DNA of 64,000 nucleotides, from positions 652,544 through 716,543 of the forward strand of contig OY969902.1 in assembly GCA_963704435.1 (NCBI GenBank), in the 5' to 3' direction. Positions 45,312 through 54,417 of the stretch are shown here, in pieces. The translations under genes were made by a program, and so were the position numbers. The notes below the pieces were generated by a model. It was not told the DNA's origin, made no database searches, and was given only the letters and a program-made list of their open reading frames with translations. The first letter of the stretch is position 1; the number at the start of each line of letters is the position of its first letter. This DNA is from an uncultured archaeon. GTDB taxonomy: Archaea > Micrarchaeota > Micrarchaeia > Micrarchaeales > CABMGC01.

Positions 45312-45616
45312 TGCCAATCGCGAGAATCAAGCTGATAAGCAGGACGAAAGGTTCGTCCAGGGACATAGCCTATCAGATAATCGGCATAGCGAAGACGATA
45401 GGGGTCAAGTGCAAGGGCCCGGTCCCGCTCCCAACGAGGAGGCTTATCATACCCGCGAGGAAGACCCCTTGTGGGGACGGATCGCACACCTACGAGCATT
45501 GGGAGATGAGGATACACAAATGGCTGGTGGAGATAGAGGGAAGCGACCAGGCGCTCAGGCAGATAATGAGGATCCCTGTGCCAGACACCGTGCAGATCGA
45601 GATATCCCTGTCCTAG
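45308..45616 (+). CDS. rps10: 30S ribosomal protein uS10
   Basis: ARIKLISRTKGS...GPVPLPT...HTYEHWEMRIHKWLVEI. ATGA overlap with tuf. Confidence 0.95.
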   Translation: MMPIARIKLISRTKGSSRDIAYQIIGIAKTIGVKCKGPVPLPTRRLIIPARKTPCGDGSHTYEHWEMRIHKWLVEIEGSDQALRQIMRIPVPDTVQIEISLS

Positions 45617-45660
45617 GGCCTGCCGTTCTTATCCTTTTTTCTTTTTATGGTAGAGCGCGC

Positions 45661-46818
45661 TCAGATTCCGGCTTCCTTCTTAAGAGATTCGGCCAGGTCC
45701 GTCCTCTCCCAAGTGAAGTCGGGGTCCTCCCTACCGAAGTGGCCGTAGCACGCCGTCTTCCTGTAGATCGGCCTCCTCAGGTCGAGGGCCTTTATCATGG
45801 CTCCGGGCCTTATGTCGAAGACCTTCTTCGCCACCTCCGCGATCTGCTCGTCAGGTATCTTTCCCGTGCCGAACGTCTCGATGTAGAACGAGACCGGCTG
45901 GGATATGCCTATGGCGTACGCCACCTGGACCTCGCACCTTTTCGCTAGGCCGGCGGCCACGATGTTCTTGGCGATGTACCTCGACATGTACGCCCCCGAC
46001 CGATCCACCTTCGTTGGGTCCTTCCCGCTGAAGCACCCGCCTCCGGTCCTTCCCATGGCGCCATAGCTGTCCACCACGATCTTCCTTCCGGTGAGCCCCG
46101 TGTCCGCGAGAGTCCCGCCTATCACGAACCTTCCCGTGCCATTGACTATGAACTTCGTGTTCTCGTCGAGCAGCTCCTTCGGTATGACCGGCCGGATTAC
46201 CTTCTCTATTATGTCGCTCTTTACCTGCTCGGTCTCCACGCCATCATTGTGCTGTGCGGCAATTACGACAACCGCGACCCTCTTAGGAACGTTGTCCACA
46301 TACTCGACGGTCACCTGCGATTTCCCATCAGGCCTCAGGTAGGGCAGGGTGCCGTTCTTCCTGCATTCCGCGAGCCTGAAGGCGAGCTTCTGCGCCAGCA
46401 GGATCGGAAGGGGCATGAGCTCCTTGGTCTCGTCGGACGCATAGCCCGAGACCATTCCCTGGTCTCCTGCGCCGATGTCGAGGCCCGTGCTTTCCACGAC
46501 GCCCATCGCAATGTCCGGGGACTGCTCCTCGATCGCGGTTATTATACCGCACGTCGCCCAGTCCAGGCCGTCCTTCGCGTTGTCGAGGCCTATCTCCTTC
46601 AGCGTTTTCCTCACCGCCTTGGGCAGATCCACGTATGCGCTTGTGGTTATCTGGCCCGTTATCAGGACCATGCCCTGCATGACCATCGTCTCGCACGCGA
46701 CGTGCGCCGCAGGGTCCTTCTCGATTATCGCATCGAGCACGGCGTCCGATATCTGGTCCGCGACCTTGTCAGGGTGCCCTTCCGCTACGCTCTCCGATGT
46801 GAATGAGTATTTTGACAT
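45661..46818 (-). CDS. metK: S-adenosylmethionine synthetase, bacterial/eukaryotic MetK type
   Basis: [51 protein letters not shown]. Confidence 0.95.
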   Translation of the reverse strand: MSKYSFTSESVAEGHPDKVADQISDAVLDAIIEKDPAAHVACETMVMQGMVLITGQITTSAYVDLPKAVRKTLKEIGLDNAKDGLDWATCGIITAIEEQSPDIAMGVVESTGLDIGAGDQGMVSGYASDETKELMPLPILLAQKLAFRLAECRKNGTLPYLRPDGKSQVTVEYVDNVPKRVAVVVIAAQHNDGVETEQVKSDIIEKVIRPVIPKELLDENTKFIVNGTGRFVIGGTLADTGLTGRKIVVDSYGAMGRTGGGCFSGKDPTKVDRSGAYMSRYIAKNIVAAGLAKRCEVQVAYAIGISQPVSFYIETFGTGKIPDEQIAEVAKKVFDIRPGAMIKALDLRRPIYRKTACYGHFGREDPDFTWERTDLAESLKKEAGI

Positions 46819-46847
46819 TTTTACACCAACGCAAAACAGGGATAAGA

Positions 46848-48311
46848 TCAGTTCATCTTCTTCTCGGCTCTTAGCATCTCGAGCGCCAGGGACCTGTTGC
46901 TGCCTATGACGTTCTCGCTCTCGGCGTCGTCCTCGCTCAGGTCGTAGAGCTCCTTCTTCCCGCCTCTGTAGGACATCAGCTTGAAGCCTTTGTAATACGT
47001 GGCAGTGGCGAACTTGTTGTAGGCCATCTTGGTCCTGTATATGGCGTCCGCGTTCTTGGACCTCCTCCTCAGCAGCTCGAGCAGGTAGGTGTCCCAGACC
47101 TCGGTTATCCCGACGTGGTCCGAGAACACGAAGTTGTCCCTCCTGAGCTGCCCGTTTATCTCGTCGGCCCTGCCGTAGCCTATGTTGACTATCGAGTCGC
47201 GCAGCGCCGTGAGGCTCACGTACTTGTCCACCTCCTCCCTGTTGCTCACCTGCCTGCCGTTCTCGAACCTCGCGGTTATCAGCGGCACCCGGGTCAGCTG
47301 CTCGTACGGGAACATGTTGTGGTACATCTGGCCGTGCTCCATGAACGCCTGGCCGTGGTCGCTCGCGAGCACCACGACCGCGTTGTCCAGGGCGCCGTTC
47401 CTCTTAAGTATCCCCATCAGGTCCGCCACCCGTGCGTCGAGGTAGGCGATCCGCTTCTCATATGCCTCGCGTATCTTCTTCACTCGGTCTGGCTCCAGGA
47501 GCCCGCTCATGTACAGCCACTTGTCCTGCTCGACATACGTGTCCGAGACGAGGTTCGTGGGATAGCCCTCGTGGCCCTCCATGTAGCTTATGAACATGAA
47601 GCTGCTCCTGCCCTGCGAGCCCTTGAGGTACGAGTCGATGAGAGCGTTCGTCTTCCTCGCCCCGGCGTCTATCTTGTAGAACCCGTACTCCTCGGAGAAC
47701 TTCTTGTTCAGCCTCGTCCTGAGGTCCATGTAGAGCCTGTCGAGCCTCTTTTCGGGTATCAGCCGCGATATGGCGGACGCGAGCTCGATCAGCCTCTTCC
47801 TCGCCATGTCGCTCGACACCAGCCGCAGCGACGACTTCACCAGCGGTGTGCCCGAATCAAGCTTGTCGTTTATCCATACGTTGTGCGTGGACATGAATCC
47901 GCTGGCCAGCCCGGTCTGCACGCTGATGAACGGGCTGTTTGAGAAGAGGGCGGTTTCATAGCCGAGGTAGCTCATCTGCTTCGCCAGCGTTATCTCCTTG
48001 GATTCGAGGTAGGACCTCTTCTTCAGGAAGGGGTCCGTGTTCGCGTCGGCGTTCTTGATCGGGTCCTTGTTCAGCTCCCTTATGCCCTTGACCCGCTTTC
48101 CGAGGAATATGGAGACGTGCGAAGGGACGGTGAAGGTCCCAGGGGATATCGCGTTCCGGTAGACCACGCCCCGTCCTGCTATCCCGTCTATCGTGCTGAG
48201 CCTGCGGCGTCCGCCGTAGGAGGCGGTGTTGTCCGCCCTCAGCGTGTCGAGCATGACGAATATTACGTTGGGCCTGCCGGACTTCAATGGATCACGCATG
48301 CGCGGCTGCAA
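46848..48311 (-). CDS. Sulfatase-like (alkaline-phosphatase superfamily) hydrolase/transferase, Thr-type active site
   Basis: [14 protein letters not shown]. The active-site segment [13 protein letters not shown] aligns with the sulfatase C-x-P-x-R signature. [12 protein letters not shown]. No signal peptide or TM segment. Confidence 0.8.
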   Translation of the reverse strand: MQPRMRDPLKSGRPNVIFVMLDTLRADNTASYGGRRRLSTIDGIAGRGVVYRNAISPGTFTVPSHVSIFLGKRVKGIRELNKDPIKNADANTDPFLKKRSYLESKEITLAKQMSYLGYETALFSNSPFISVQTGLASGFMSTHNVWINDKLDSGTPLVKSSLRLVSSDMARKRLIELASAISRLIPEKRLDRLYMDLRTRLNKKFSEEYGFYKIDAGARKTNALIDSYLKGSQGRSSFMFISYMEGHEGYPTNLVSDTYVEQDKWLYMSGLLEPDRVKKIREAYEKRIAYLDARVADLMGILKRNGALDNAVVVLASDHGQAFMEHGQMYHNMFPYEQLTRVPLITARFENGRQVSNREEVDKYVSLTALRDSIVNIGYGRADEINGQLRRDNFVFSDHVGITEVWDTYLLELLRRRSKNADAIYRTKMAYNKFATATYYKGFKLMSYRGGKKELYDLSEDDAESENVIGSNRSLALEMLRAEKKMN

Positions 48312-48380
48312 ACCGATTGGTAAGCCGCTTCAGGACAAATTGCCACTCAAGGTTTTTATTGATTCTGTAAAGCTTCGCGA

Positions 48381-49340
48381 TCACTTGGATATGTCCAGGT
48401 AGGAGAGCATTATCGGGAGTATTATGGTAGCGTCCCCGTCTATGGTGACCTGCCTGGCCCTCTCCTTGACCTTGCCCCACGACACTGCCTCTGTCAGCCT
48501 GGCGCCGGATAGGCTTCCGTCGAACTGCGTGGCCGTGGTTATGTAGACCGCGTAGTCGAGCCCGCCCTTGAACTGGTTCCACCAGATAACGTGGTGCTTG
48601 CTGATGCCACCGCCAACCATCAGAGCGCCGGTCTTCTTGTTGTCGAATGCTATGTTGCTGAGGGCTATCTCGTCCCTTATCAGGTTGAGCTTGAAGTCGC
48701 TGTGGCTCTGCGAGAACACTGTCATCTGCGTGCCGAAGGCCCCGTCGAGTATGCCCGGGTTGAATATCGGGACGTCGTGGAGGTATGCCTGCCTGATTAT
48801 GGAGCCCTTGTCAGTCATCCTCTTTCCGAACTCCCGTATGAGCTCGCTCGCGCTGTACTCCTTCTTGTAGTCCTTGGAGGCGTAGATTTCGCCCATTATC
48901 TTCTCGAAGTACTCCTCTACGGCGAGGCCGTACTCGTCCTGGCCTATGAATACGTTGCCGAGCCGGTACACCTTGCGCTTGAACAGGTCCGCGTCGTCCG
49001 CGTAGAAGCTTCCGACGCTGTACTTGCCTCCGTGGGCCCTCGCCAGGTCGTGGTCGAGCGTTCCGCACGTCGTGATTATCGCGTCGAAGTACCTGACTGA
49101 CGTGGCCAGAGCCCCCCTCAGTCCGGTCGCCACGATGTCCGCGGGGAACGATAGGAAGTTGAATGACGACTCGTCCCTGAGCATCTCTCCGACAATCTTT
49201 ATGCCGTCGACCATGTGCTGGGCGGAGAATCCGCCGACGCTGTCCATGGAGTCGATGAGCTCCTTGACGGTCATGCCCTTCCTGAGCTCTATGTCCTTGA
49301 CGTGCCTCTTCAGCAGTTCCCTGTTGCTTATTGCAGCCAT
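48381..49340 (-). CDS. dys: Deoxyhypusine synthase
   Basis: GGFSAQHM, IITTCGTLDHD, MVGGGISKHH. The start is probably the MAAISN codon at 49340 (the track starts at 49367). Confidence 0.9.
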   Translation of the reverse strand: MAAISNRELLKRHVKDIELRKGMTVKELIDSMDSVGGFSAQHMVDGIKIVGEMLRDESSFNFLSFPADIVATGLRGALATSVRYFDAIITTCGTLDHDLARAHGGKYSVGSFYADDADLFKRKVYRLGNVFIGQDEYGLAVEEYFEKIMGEIYASKDYKKEYSASELIREFGKRMTDKGSIIRQAYLHDVPIFNPGILDGAFGTQMTVFSQSHSDFKLNLIRDEIALSNIAFDNKKTGALMVGGGISKHHVIWWNQFKGGLDYAVYITTATQFDGSLSGARLTEAVSWGKVKERARQVTIDGDATIILPIMLSYLDISK

Positions 49341-49441
49341 AAAAACACCGCGCGATGGATTGCGCATATGCTTATGGCTTGGATAAAGATAAATGGCTAT
49401 GCCGTCGAGCCAGCAGGGGTATTATTTCCTACTCAGAGAAG

Positions 49442-49672
49442 TCAATCAATATGGCTGTCCCTTCTGTGCCTTGTAGCGCTTTCCCTAACGGTTTTCATCA
49501 AAGCAGAAGGTAATGACTCTTTATTGGTTCGATCTTCAATCAAATCCCAGAACGCTCTTAGCTGAGGCACAGTAAATCCTTCCTCAGTTACGGCCTGTTT
49601 TACTACCTGTTGCTGTGCTAAAGCAGGACTGTCCGCCGGCCCTCCCTTTTTATCGCTAAGTAGTTGCATCAT
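49442..49672 (-). CDS. Hypothetical 76-aa ORF in an AT-rich islet
   Basis: ORF only, with no recognisable family. It could be a gene remnant. Confidence 0.25.
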   Translation of the reverse strand: MMQLLSDKKGGPADSPALAQQQVVKQAVTEEGFTVPQLRAFWDLIEDRTNKESLPSALMKTVRESATRHRRDSHID

Positions 49673-49761
49673 ATTATCGAATAGAATAATGAATTTCTTC
49701 GTATTTAAACGTCCTTTCCCATCACGTCAATTGTCTTATTTGAAGCGATCGCGTCCGTGAC

Positions 49762-50166
49762 CTAATCCCTCATATTCAAATCGTTTTTTTCTTCAAGGGA
49801 GAACAGTAGCTCCTCATTGTCGTCTTTTGCTGCCTTCACTCTGGTCTTCTTTCCGCATCCGGCGCACTCATAATGTATGATGAAAGAGTTACCGTCGTAT
49901 TCCGTACTGACGGGGATCATGAGCGCGCCGCATCTGGAAGCTCTGTCCCCCGGCTTATTGTCAACATGCTTGCTCGTGAGGCATTTCGGACAGTGGTCCG
50001 TATAGCCACCGCCTTTCACACGCGTGCCGCATACCTCACACACGAAATCCTCGACGCGCTTCTGGAAATCGACTGACCCCAATCCGCTCCGTCTCGCGGG
50101 CGGGCTGTCGAAGCCCCTTGACCTCGCAACCCCCTTTTTGCCATGGTTTTTTGACTTTTGCAGCAT
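49762..50166 (-). CDS. RNHCP-domain zinc-binding protein
   Basis: FVCEVCG...YTDHCPKCLTSKHVD...GDRASRCGALMIPV...YECAGCG matches the RNHCP domain pattern, with TDHCP in place of RNHCP. Confidence 0.6.
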   Translation of the reverse strand: MLQKSKNHGKKGVARSRGFDSPPARRSGLGSVDFQKRVEDFVCEVCGTRVKGGGYTDHCPKCLTSKHVDNKPGDRASRCGALMIPVSTEYDGNSFIIHYECAGCGKKTRVKAAKDDNEELLFSLEEKNDLNMRD

Positions 50167-50251
50167 CTCCTCACCCGTACACCAAAGTCATTCGGTGTGA
50201 ACATTTTTATTTCTTCAATACAACAACATTTTATAACATTAGGTGGTTTAC

Positions 50252-50476
50252 ATGGTGAAGAAAGGCGCAGCCAAGAGAAAGTACACAACAATAACCATTC
50301 CTTCCCCTCTTTTTGCAAAGCTCCAGGAAAAGATCAAGAGCACGGGATTCTCCTCGGTCTCCGACTATGTTACCTACATACTCCGCGAGACGATAACCGA
50401 GATTGAGCTGAAGAAGGCAGGCAAGGAGAAGGCAGGGGGCGTTATCGAGAAGCTCAGGGCGCTCGGATACGACTGA
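50252..50476 (+). CDS. Ribbon-helix-helix (CopG/Arc/MetJ-like) protein with C-terminal KLRALGY tail
   Basis: Beta strand YTTITIP, helix SPLFAKLQEKIKSTG and helix SVSDYVTYILRETI, then a Lys/Gly linker and EKLRALGYD. Confidence 0.6.
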   Translation: MVKKGAAKRKYTTITIPSPLFAKLQEKIKSTGFSSVSDYVTYILRETITEIELKKAGKEKAGGVIEKLRALGYD

Positions 50477-50500
50477 CTGCACGCAAAACGAGTTGCGCAA

Positions 50501-51253
50501 ATGACGAAGCAGGACCTGAAGGCGCTTGAGGAAAGGAGCATCTACCTAGTCAGGGACGCCAATGAGAAGTTCCGGAACGTCGCGGTTCTCTGGGGCACGG
50601 GGAAGGACAGCACAATTCTTCTGTATCTGATAAAGAAGGCATTCCGCGGCAAGGTCCCATTTGCCGTGGTTAGCGTGGACAACGGCGCCGAGTTTCCCGA
50701 GACGATTGCCTTACGGAATGAGCTGGCTAGGACGTGGAAGCTCAATCTCATAGTCGTGCCTAGCGGATCCGAATCCGGAGCGAGAAGCCCGGGATGCTGC
50801 GGCGAGAGCAAGGAACAGGCGCTCTCCAGGGCCATCGCAAAGCGCAAGTTCGATGCGGTTCTGGTCTCGACCAGGTCCGACGAGGAGCGCTATTTTCGGA
50901 ACCGCGTCAGCTCAAAATCAAGCAAGGGTCAGATTGAGATGCGTGACGACAGGTCGTCCAAGCTCGAGGTCAAGGGCTGCGCTACCGTAGCCCCAATTCT
51001 TGACTGGACCGGAATCGACGTGTGGAACTACATCGAATCCGAGCGGATACCGCTGAATCCCCTTTATCTCGCGCTTAATGGAAGCCGGTATGGGAGAATC
51101 GGATGCACGCGCTGCTCCGTACCCATCAAGTCGGGCGCGGACAGCGTCTCCAAGATAATAAAGGAGTCCGAAGCGCGCGGCGCAGGCGCGAATCCAGGCG
51201 GCAGATCCGAGAAGGACCTGCTCCTGCAGAAGCTGAGGGCCCTGGGCTACTAG
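50501..51253 (+). CDS. CysD-like PP-loop protein (PAPS reductase / sulfate adenylyltransferase subunit 2 family)
   Basis: LEERSIYLVRDANEKF, PP-loop WGTGKDST, VDNGAEFPET, WTGIDVWNYI. The C-terminus is QKLRALGY. Confidence 0.8.
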   Translation: MTKQDLKALEERSIYLVRDANEKFRNVAVLWGTGKDSTILLYLIKKAFRGKVPFAVVSVDNGAEFPETIALRNELARTWKLNLIVVPSGSESGARSPGCCGESKEQALSRAIAKRKFDAVLVSTRSDEERYFRNRVSSKSSKGQIEMRDDRSSKLEVKGCATVAPILDWTGIDVWNYIESERIPLNPLYLALNGSRYGRIGCTRCSVPIKSGADSVSKIIKESEARGAGANPGGRSEKDLLLQKLRALGY

Positions 51254-52500
51254 CTGCCCGGGCCGCGCGTCCTGAAAAACCTCACTTTCGGCTTCTCGCT
51301 CTTCTGCATCTTCCTTACGTCAATACCCTTCACGAAGGATATGTTGGCGGGTATCGCGAACGTCTCCGCCCTGACCTCGTCGCTGTACAGCTTGCGCATC
51401 GCCTCCTTGTCCCCCTGCAGCGCGGCGTTGATGAAGGCGCGGACGTTGACGAGCGAAGAGTATCTGTCCGATCTCACTTCCTCCATGCCCTTCGGGAGCA
51501 TTATCGCGAGCGGCACCCTCACGATCTCGTCGGACAGCGCAGGCCCGTGGCCGATGAAGCCGTGCTCTCCGAACTCCTGCCCGTGGTCCGAAGCGATTAT
51601 TATCATCTGGTCCTCCCCGAACCTGTCGATAAGGTCCTCGACGATCTCCAGTGTGTACCGGTAGCATTTCAGGGATGCCTTCTCGTAGAGCCGCTTCCAC
51701 AGCGCTATGAGCTTGGGGTCGGTCTTCTTCTTCATGAAGGGTGTCGACCACGTGAAGTCCCTCTCCTTGACTCCGACGTAGGGGTCGTGCGGCTCCATGA
51801 AGTCGACAAAGAGGAAGAAGGGTTTCTTGAACCGGGACTTCTTCTCGGTCGCGACCGTGGGCCGCCCTCCCTTCTCTATGGGCCAGCCGTCGATGAACCG
51901 GGCCTTGAGCTTTTTCATCGCGGCCACAGGGGTCAGGACGACCCCCGAGGCTATCGCCTCGAAAAATAGGTTCGGGTCCTCCTTGAGGATGGACATGGAG
52001 ATTCTGAACAGGTCCCCGACTCCGAGGTCCCCGCCGTGCTCGTTCCTGTACTTAGAGGCGGCGATCTTGGCCTTCTGCGAGGCCTCGACGACCATGCCGA
52101 ACACGTCGGTGAAGTACGGCTCCTCCTTGAATTTGTCGAATTCGTCGAACCCGTACACGGGATGGAAGAACGGGTTTGCGGATATGGCGTAGGTCCTGTA
52201 GCCGGCGTCCTTCAGGTCGCTCACCAAGGTCCTCGCGTTCAGCCTTATCCTATCTATGTCCAGGCACTTTATGTCCTTCGTCTCGTGCGCGCCGTGCTCG
52301 CTGGCGTAGGTGCCCGTGAGCAGCGAAGCCGTTGACGGGAGCGTCCAGGTGCCGGGGGCTATGCACTTGTCTAGGCATATGAAGTTGCCGAGCTCGGAGA
52401 GCTGCATCCCCCTCCTGGTCGAGAGGTCCTTGAAGGTGTCGAGCCTCATCGTGTCCATTATGATTATCGTTATGTTGAACTTCTTCATTGGAAAGCCCAC
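51250..52500 (-). CDS. Sulfatase-like (alkaline-phosphatase superfamily) hydrolase/transferase, Thr-type active site; paralog of 46848..48311
   Basis: ITIIIMDTMRLDTF, WTLPSTASLLTGT, ASDHGQEFGEHG. Its 3' end overlaps the CysD-like gene by 4 nt in convergent orientation. Confidence 0.8.
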   Translation of the reverse strand: MGFPMKKFNITIIIMDTMRLDTFKDLSTRRGMQLSELGNFICLDKCIAPGTWTLPSTASLLTGTYASEHGAHETKDIKCLDIDRIRLNARTLVSDLKDAGYRTYAISANPFFHPVYGFDEFDKFKEEPYFTDVFGMVVEASQKAKIAASKYRNEHGGDLGVGDLFRISMSILKEDPNLFFEAIASGVVLTPVAAMKKLKARFIDGWPIEKGGRPTVATEKKSRFKKPFFLFVDFMEPHDPYVGVKERDFTWSTPFMKKKTDPKLIALWKRLYEKASLKCYRYTLEIVEDLIDRFGEDQMIIIASDHGQEFGEHGFIGHGPALSDEIVRVPLAIMLPKGMEEVRSDRYSSLVNVRAFINAALQGDKEAMRKLYSDEVRAETFAIPANISFVKGIDVRKMQKSEKPKVRFFRTRGPGS

Positions 52501-52587
52501 CGTTGTATTCTGGGAATATCTCTCCTTTGCTATTTAAAGCCAGACGCTAGGTAAAGGCGGCATCCCTCTCAGCCACGTCATTTAAGG

Positions 52588-53364
52588 TCAGCGCATGACG
52601 AAATTCACATTCACGCTCTTCTGCACTGTCACCGATCCGCCGAAGAACAGAGAACTGTTGCGCACCGCAGCTATGCCCATTGAGGTGTCAGAGGCATAAA
52701 CAGGGTAGAATATCTGGCTGTTCTGCACCGTTATGTTCTTTATTTCTACAGAGGTTCCGCTCACTGCCAGGATCTTGGCCTGAGAGGTCGCGTTGGCAAG
52801 AGCCCTGGATAGGGCAAGCTGGCCCAGCGCGCCCTGCTGGCCTGGGGACAGCTGCGCCTGCACGTTCTGCAGCTGCAGCCCTGGAATCGCGGAGAGCTGG
52901 GTGATTGCGGCGGACGCATTCCCTATGTTGGGTATCGTGACAGAGATGTATTCAGAAGCTGCAAAATATGGCAGTTTCTGCGGAACGCAGTAGGTCCCTA
53001 TGGTTATGTTCATCTTCGGATAAGTGCAGATGGTTGGCTGGTAGATGCTGTACGACTGCGTCTGGATGTCGGACGCGTTTCCGTTCACGAGGGGCATCAG
53101 CGTATTGTTCAGCACGTTGGTGAGAACGCTAAGGTTTGCGTTTGCGGCGCCTGCCGTCCTTCCGGTAGCGTTCAGTTGGACGGAAAGCACGGCCTCAGCA
53201 GGTTTGGTGGCCGCGGTACCCACCGCAGTCACGGTTATGGTTGGCGGATGAGGTAGCCAGACCAGAACGGCAGACGCAAAGATCACGAGGAATGCCGCGA
53301 TGACCGCTATCGCTACAATTATGACGAGACTCGCACGGCAGGAATTCTTGGCGGGTGATGGCAC
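52588..53364 (-). CDS. Membrane-anchored secreted protein, possibly SIMPL/DUF541-like
   Basis: N-terminal TM LVIIVAIAVIAAFLVIFASAVLV, then a beta-rich, N-x-S/T-rich ectodomain. The family call is tentative. Confidence 0.4.
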   Translation of the reverse strand: MPSPAKNSCRASLVIIVAIAVIAAFLVIFASAVLVWLPHPPTITVTAVGTAATKPAEAVLSVQLNATGRTAGAANANLSVLTNVLNNTLMPLVNGNASDIQTQSYSIYQPTICTYPKMNITIGTYCVPQKLPYFAASEYISVTIPNIGNASAAITQLSAIPGLQLQNVQAQLSPGQQGALGQLALSRALANATSQAKILAVSGTSVEIKNITVQNSQIFYPVYASDTSMGIAAVRNSSLFFGGSVTVQKSVNVNFVMR

Positions 53365-53449
53365 GCTATCACTGCACGTAGTTTGCTGAGCAGGCTTAAA
53401 TGCCTTGTTCCTGCTGGTCTTCCATACGGGCCAGCACAGTCCAGCAATC

Positions 53450-54343
53450 TCAGCCTGCGACGTTGGTTATCGCCGCCAGCGCCCCGCCGAATAGCGCGAG
53501 CCCTCCCAGCGCAGCGGTCAGGTACACTATCTTTGAGTGTTTCGCTATCCTCAGCAGGAAATCTATAAGCAGCAGGCTCACCACGGTGGACACGGCTATG
53601 GCTATCATAAGCCCGGGCACGCCTATCGCGCCCACCGCCGTTGCTACGCTGGCCCTGCTCACCACCAGAGTGAGGGCCACGGCCGCGCTAGTCGCGAATA
53701 TCGAGTTGAGGAACGAGAGCCTGAAGGCCTCGTCCGCCTCCACGTTCAGGAGCAGCATCGTGCTGGTGGTCGCCCCAGACCTGCTGACCCCCGGAAGCGC
53801 CGCGATTCCCTGCGCGATGCCGACCAGCACGTAATCGACGATTCCCATGTCCTTGAGCTTCCTCCTCTTGCCTGCAGCAGAGCGAGCCGACCTAGCGTGC
53901 CTTATCAGGAACGCATCCCCAATCAGTATGATGCCCATGAGCAGCATCGGTATGCCTGCGTTGTACGTTCCCTGGATCGAGTCCACCACGAGATATAGCG
54001 GCGCCCCGATGATTCCGGTAAATACCATCGAGACCAGAATGTAGTTGAAGAGGCGCCTGCTGTCGGCGTCGCCGCGCCTTGCAAGGAAGCGGACCATCGA
54101 GGCCAGCTCCTTCCTGAAATAGATTATCGCGGCGAACACGGTGCCTATCTCCATGAACAGGCCGAACGTATACGCCTCGCTGAACGGCAGGTTAAGCAGG
54201 TACGTGGAGACGATTATGACCTGCGTCTTGCTGCTTATTGGGAGCCACTCGGATATGCCCTGCACTACGCCGAGCACGATCCCGTAGAGCGCCTGCTGGA
54301 GGCTAATCGAAGCCAGCATAAGGAGGCTCAGCAGATTCGGCAT
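53450..54343 (-). CDS. uppP: Undecaprenyl-diphosphatase (UppP/BacA)
   Basis: GVVQGISEWLPISSKTQ, GIAALPGVSRSGATT. About 8 TM segments. Confidence 0.9.
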   Translation of the reverse strand: MPNLLSLLMLASISLQQALYGIVLGVVQGISEWLPISSKTQVIIVSTYLLNLPFSEAYTFGLFMEIGTVFAAIIYFRKELASMVRFLARRGDADSRRLFNYILVSMVFTGIIGAPLYLVVDSIQGTYNAGIPMLLMGIILIGDAFLIRHARSARSAAGKRRKLKDMGIVDYVLVGIAQGIAALPGVSRSGATTSTMLLLNVEADEAFRLSFLNSIFATSAAVALTLVVSRASVATAVGAIGVPGLMIAIAVSTVVSLLLIDFLLRIAKHSKIVYLTAALGGLALFGGALAAITNVAG

Positions 54344-54417
54344 AAGGGGTGTTCCTGTTGCAAACTATAAAAAGCATCCGCAGCGGCAAAAAGAGAGAAA
54401 AGTGGGTGCTGCGAGCG

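Noticed and set aside
44013-45317. A 434-aa minus-strand ORF spanning the whole EF-1alpha gene.
   Set aside because: It is antisense to an unmistakable, full-length EF-1alpha. Its Arg/Leu/His/Tyr-rich composition is typical of shadow ORFs in GC-rich coding DNA.
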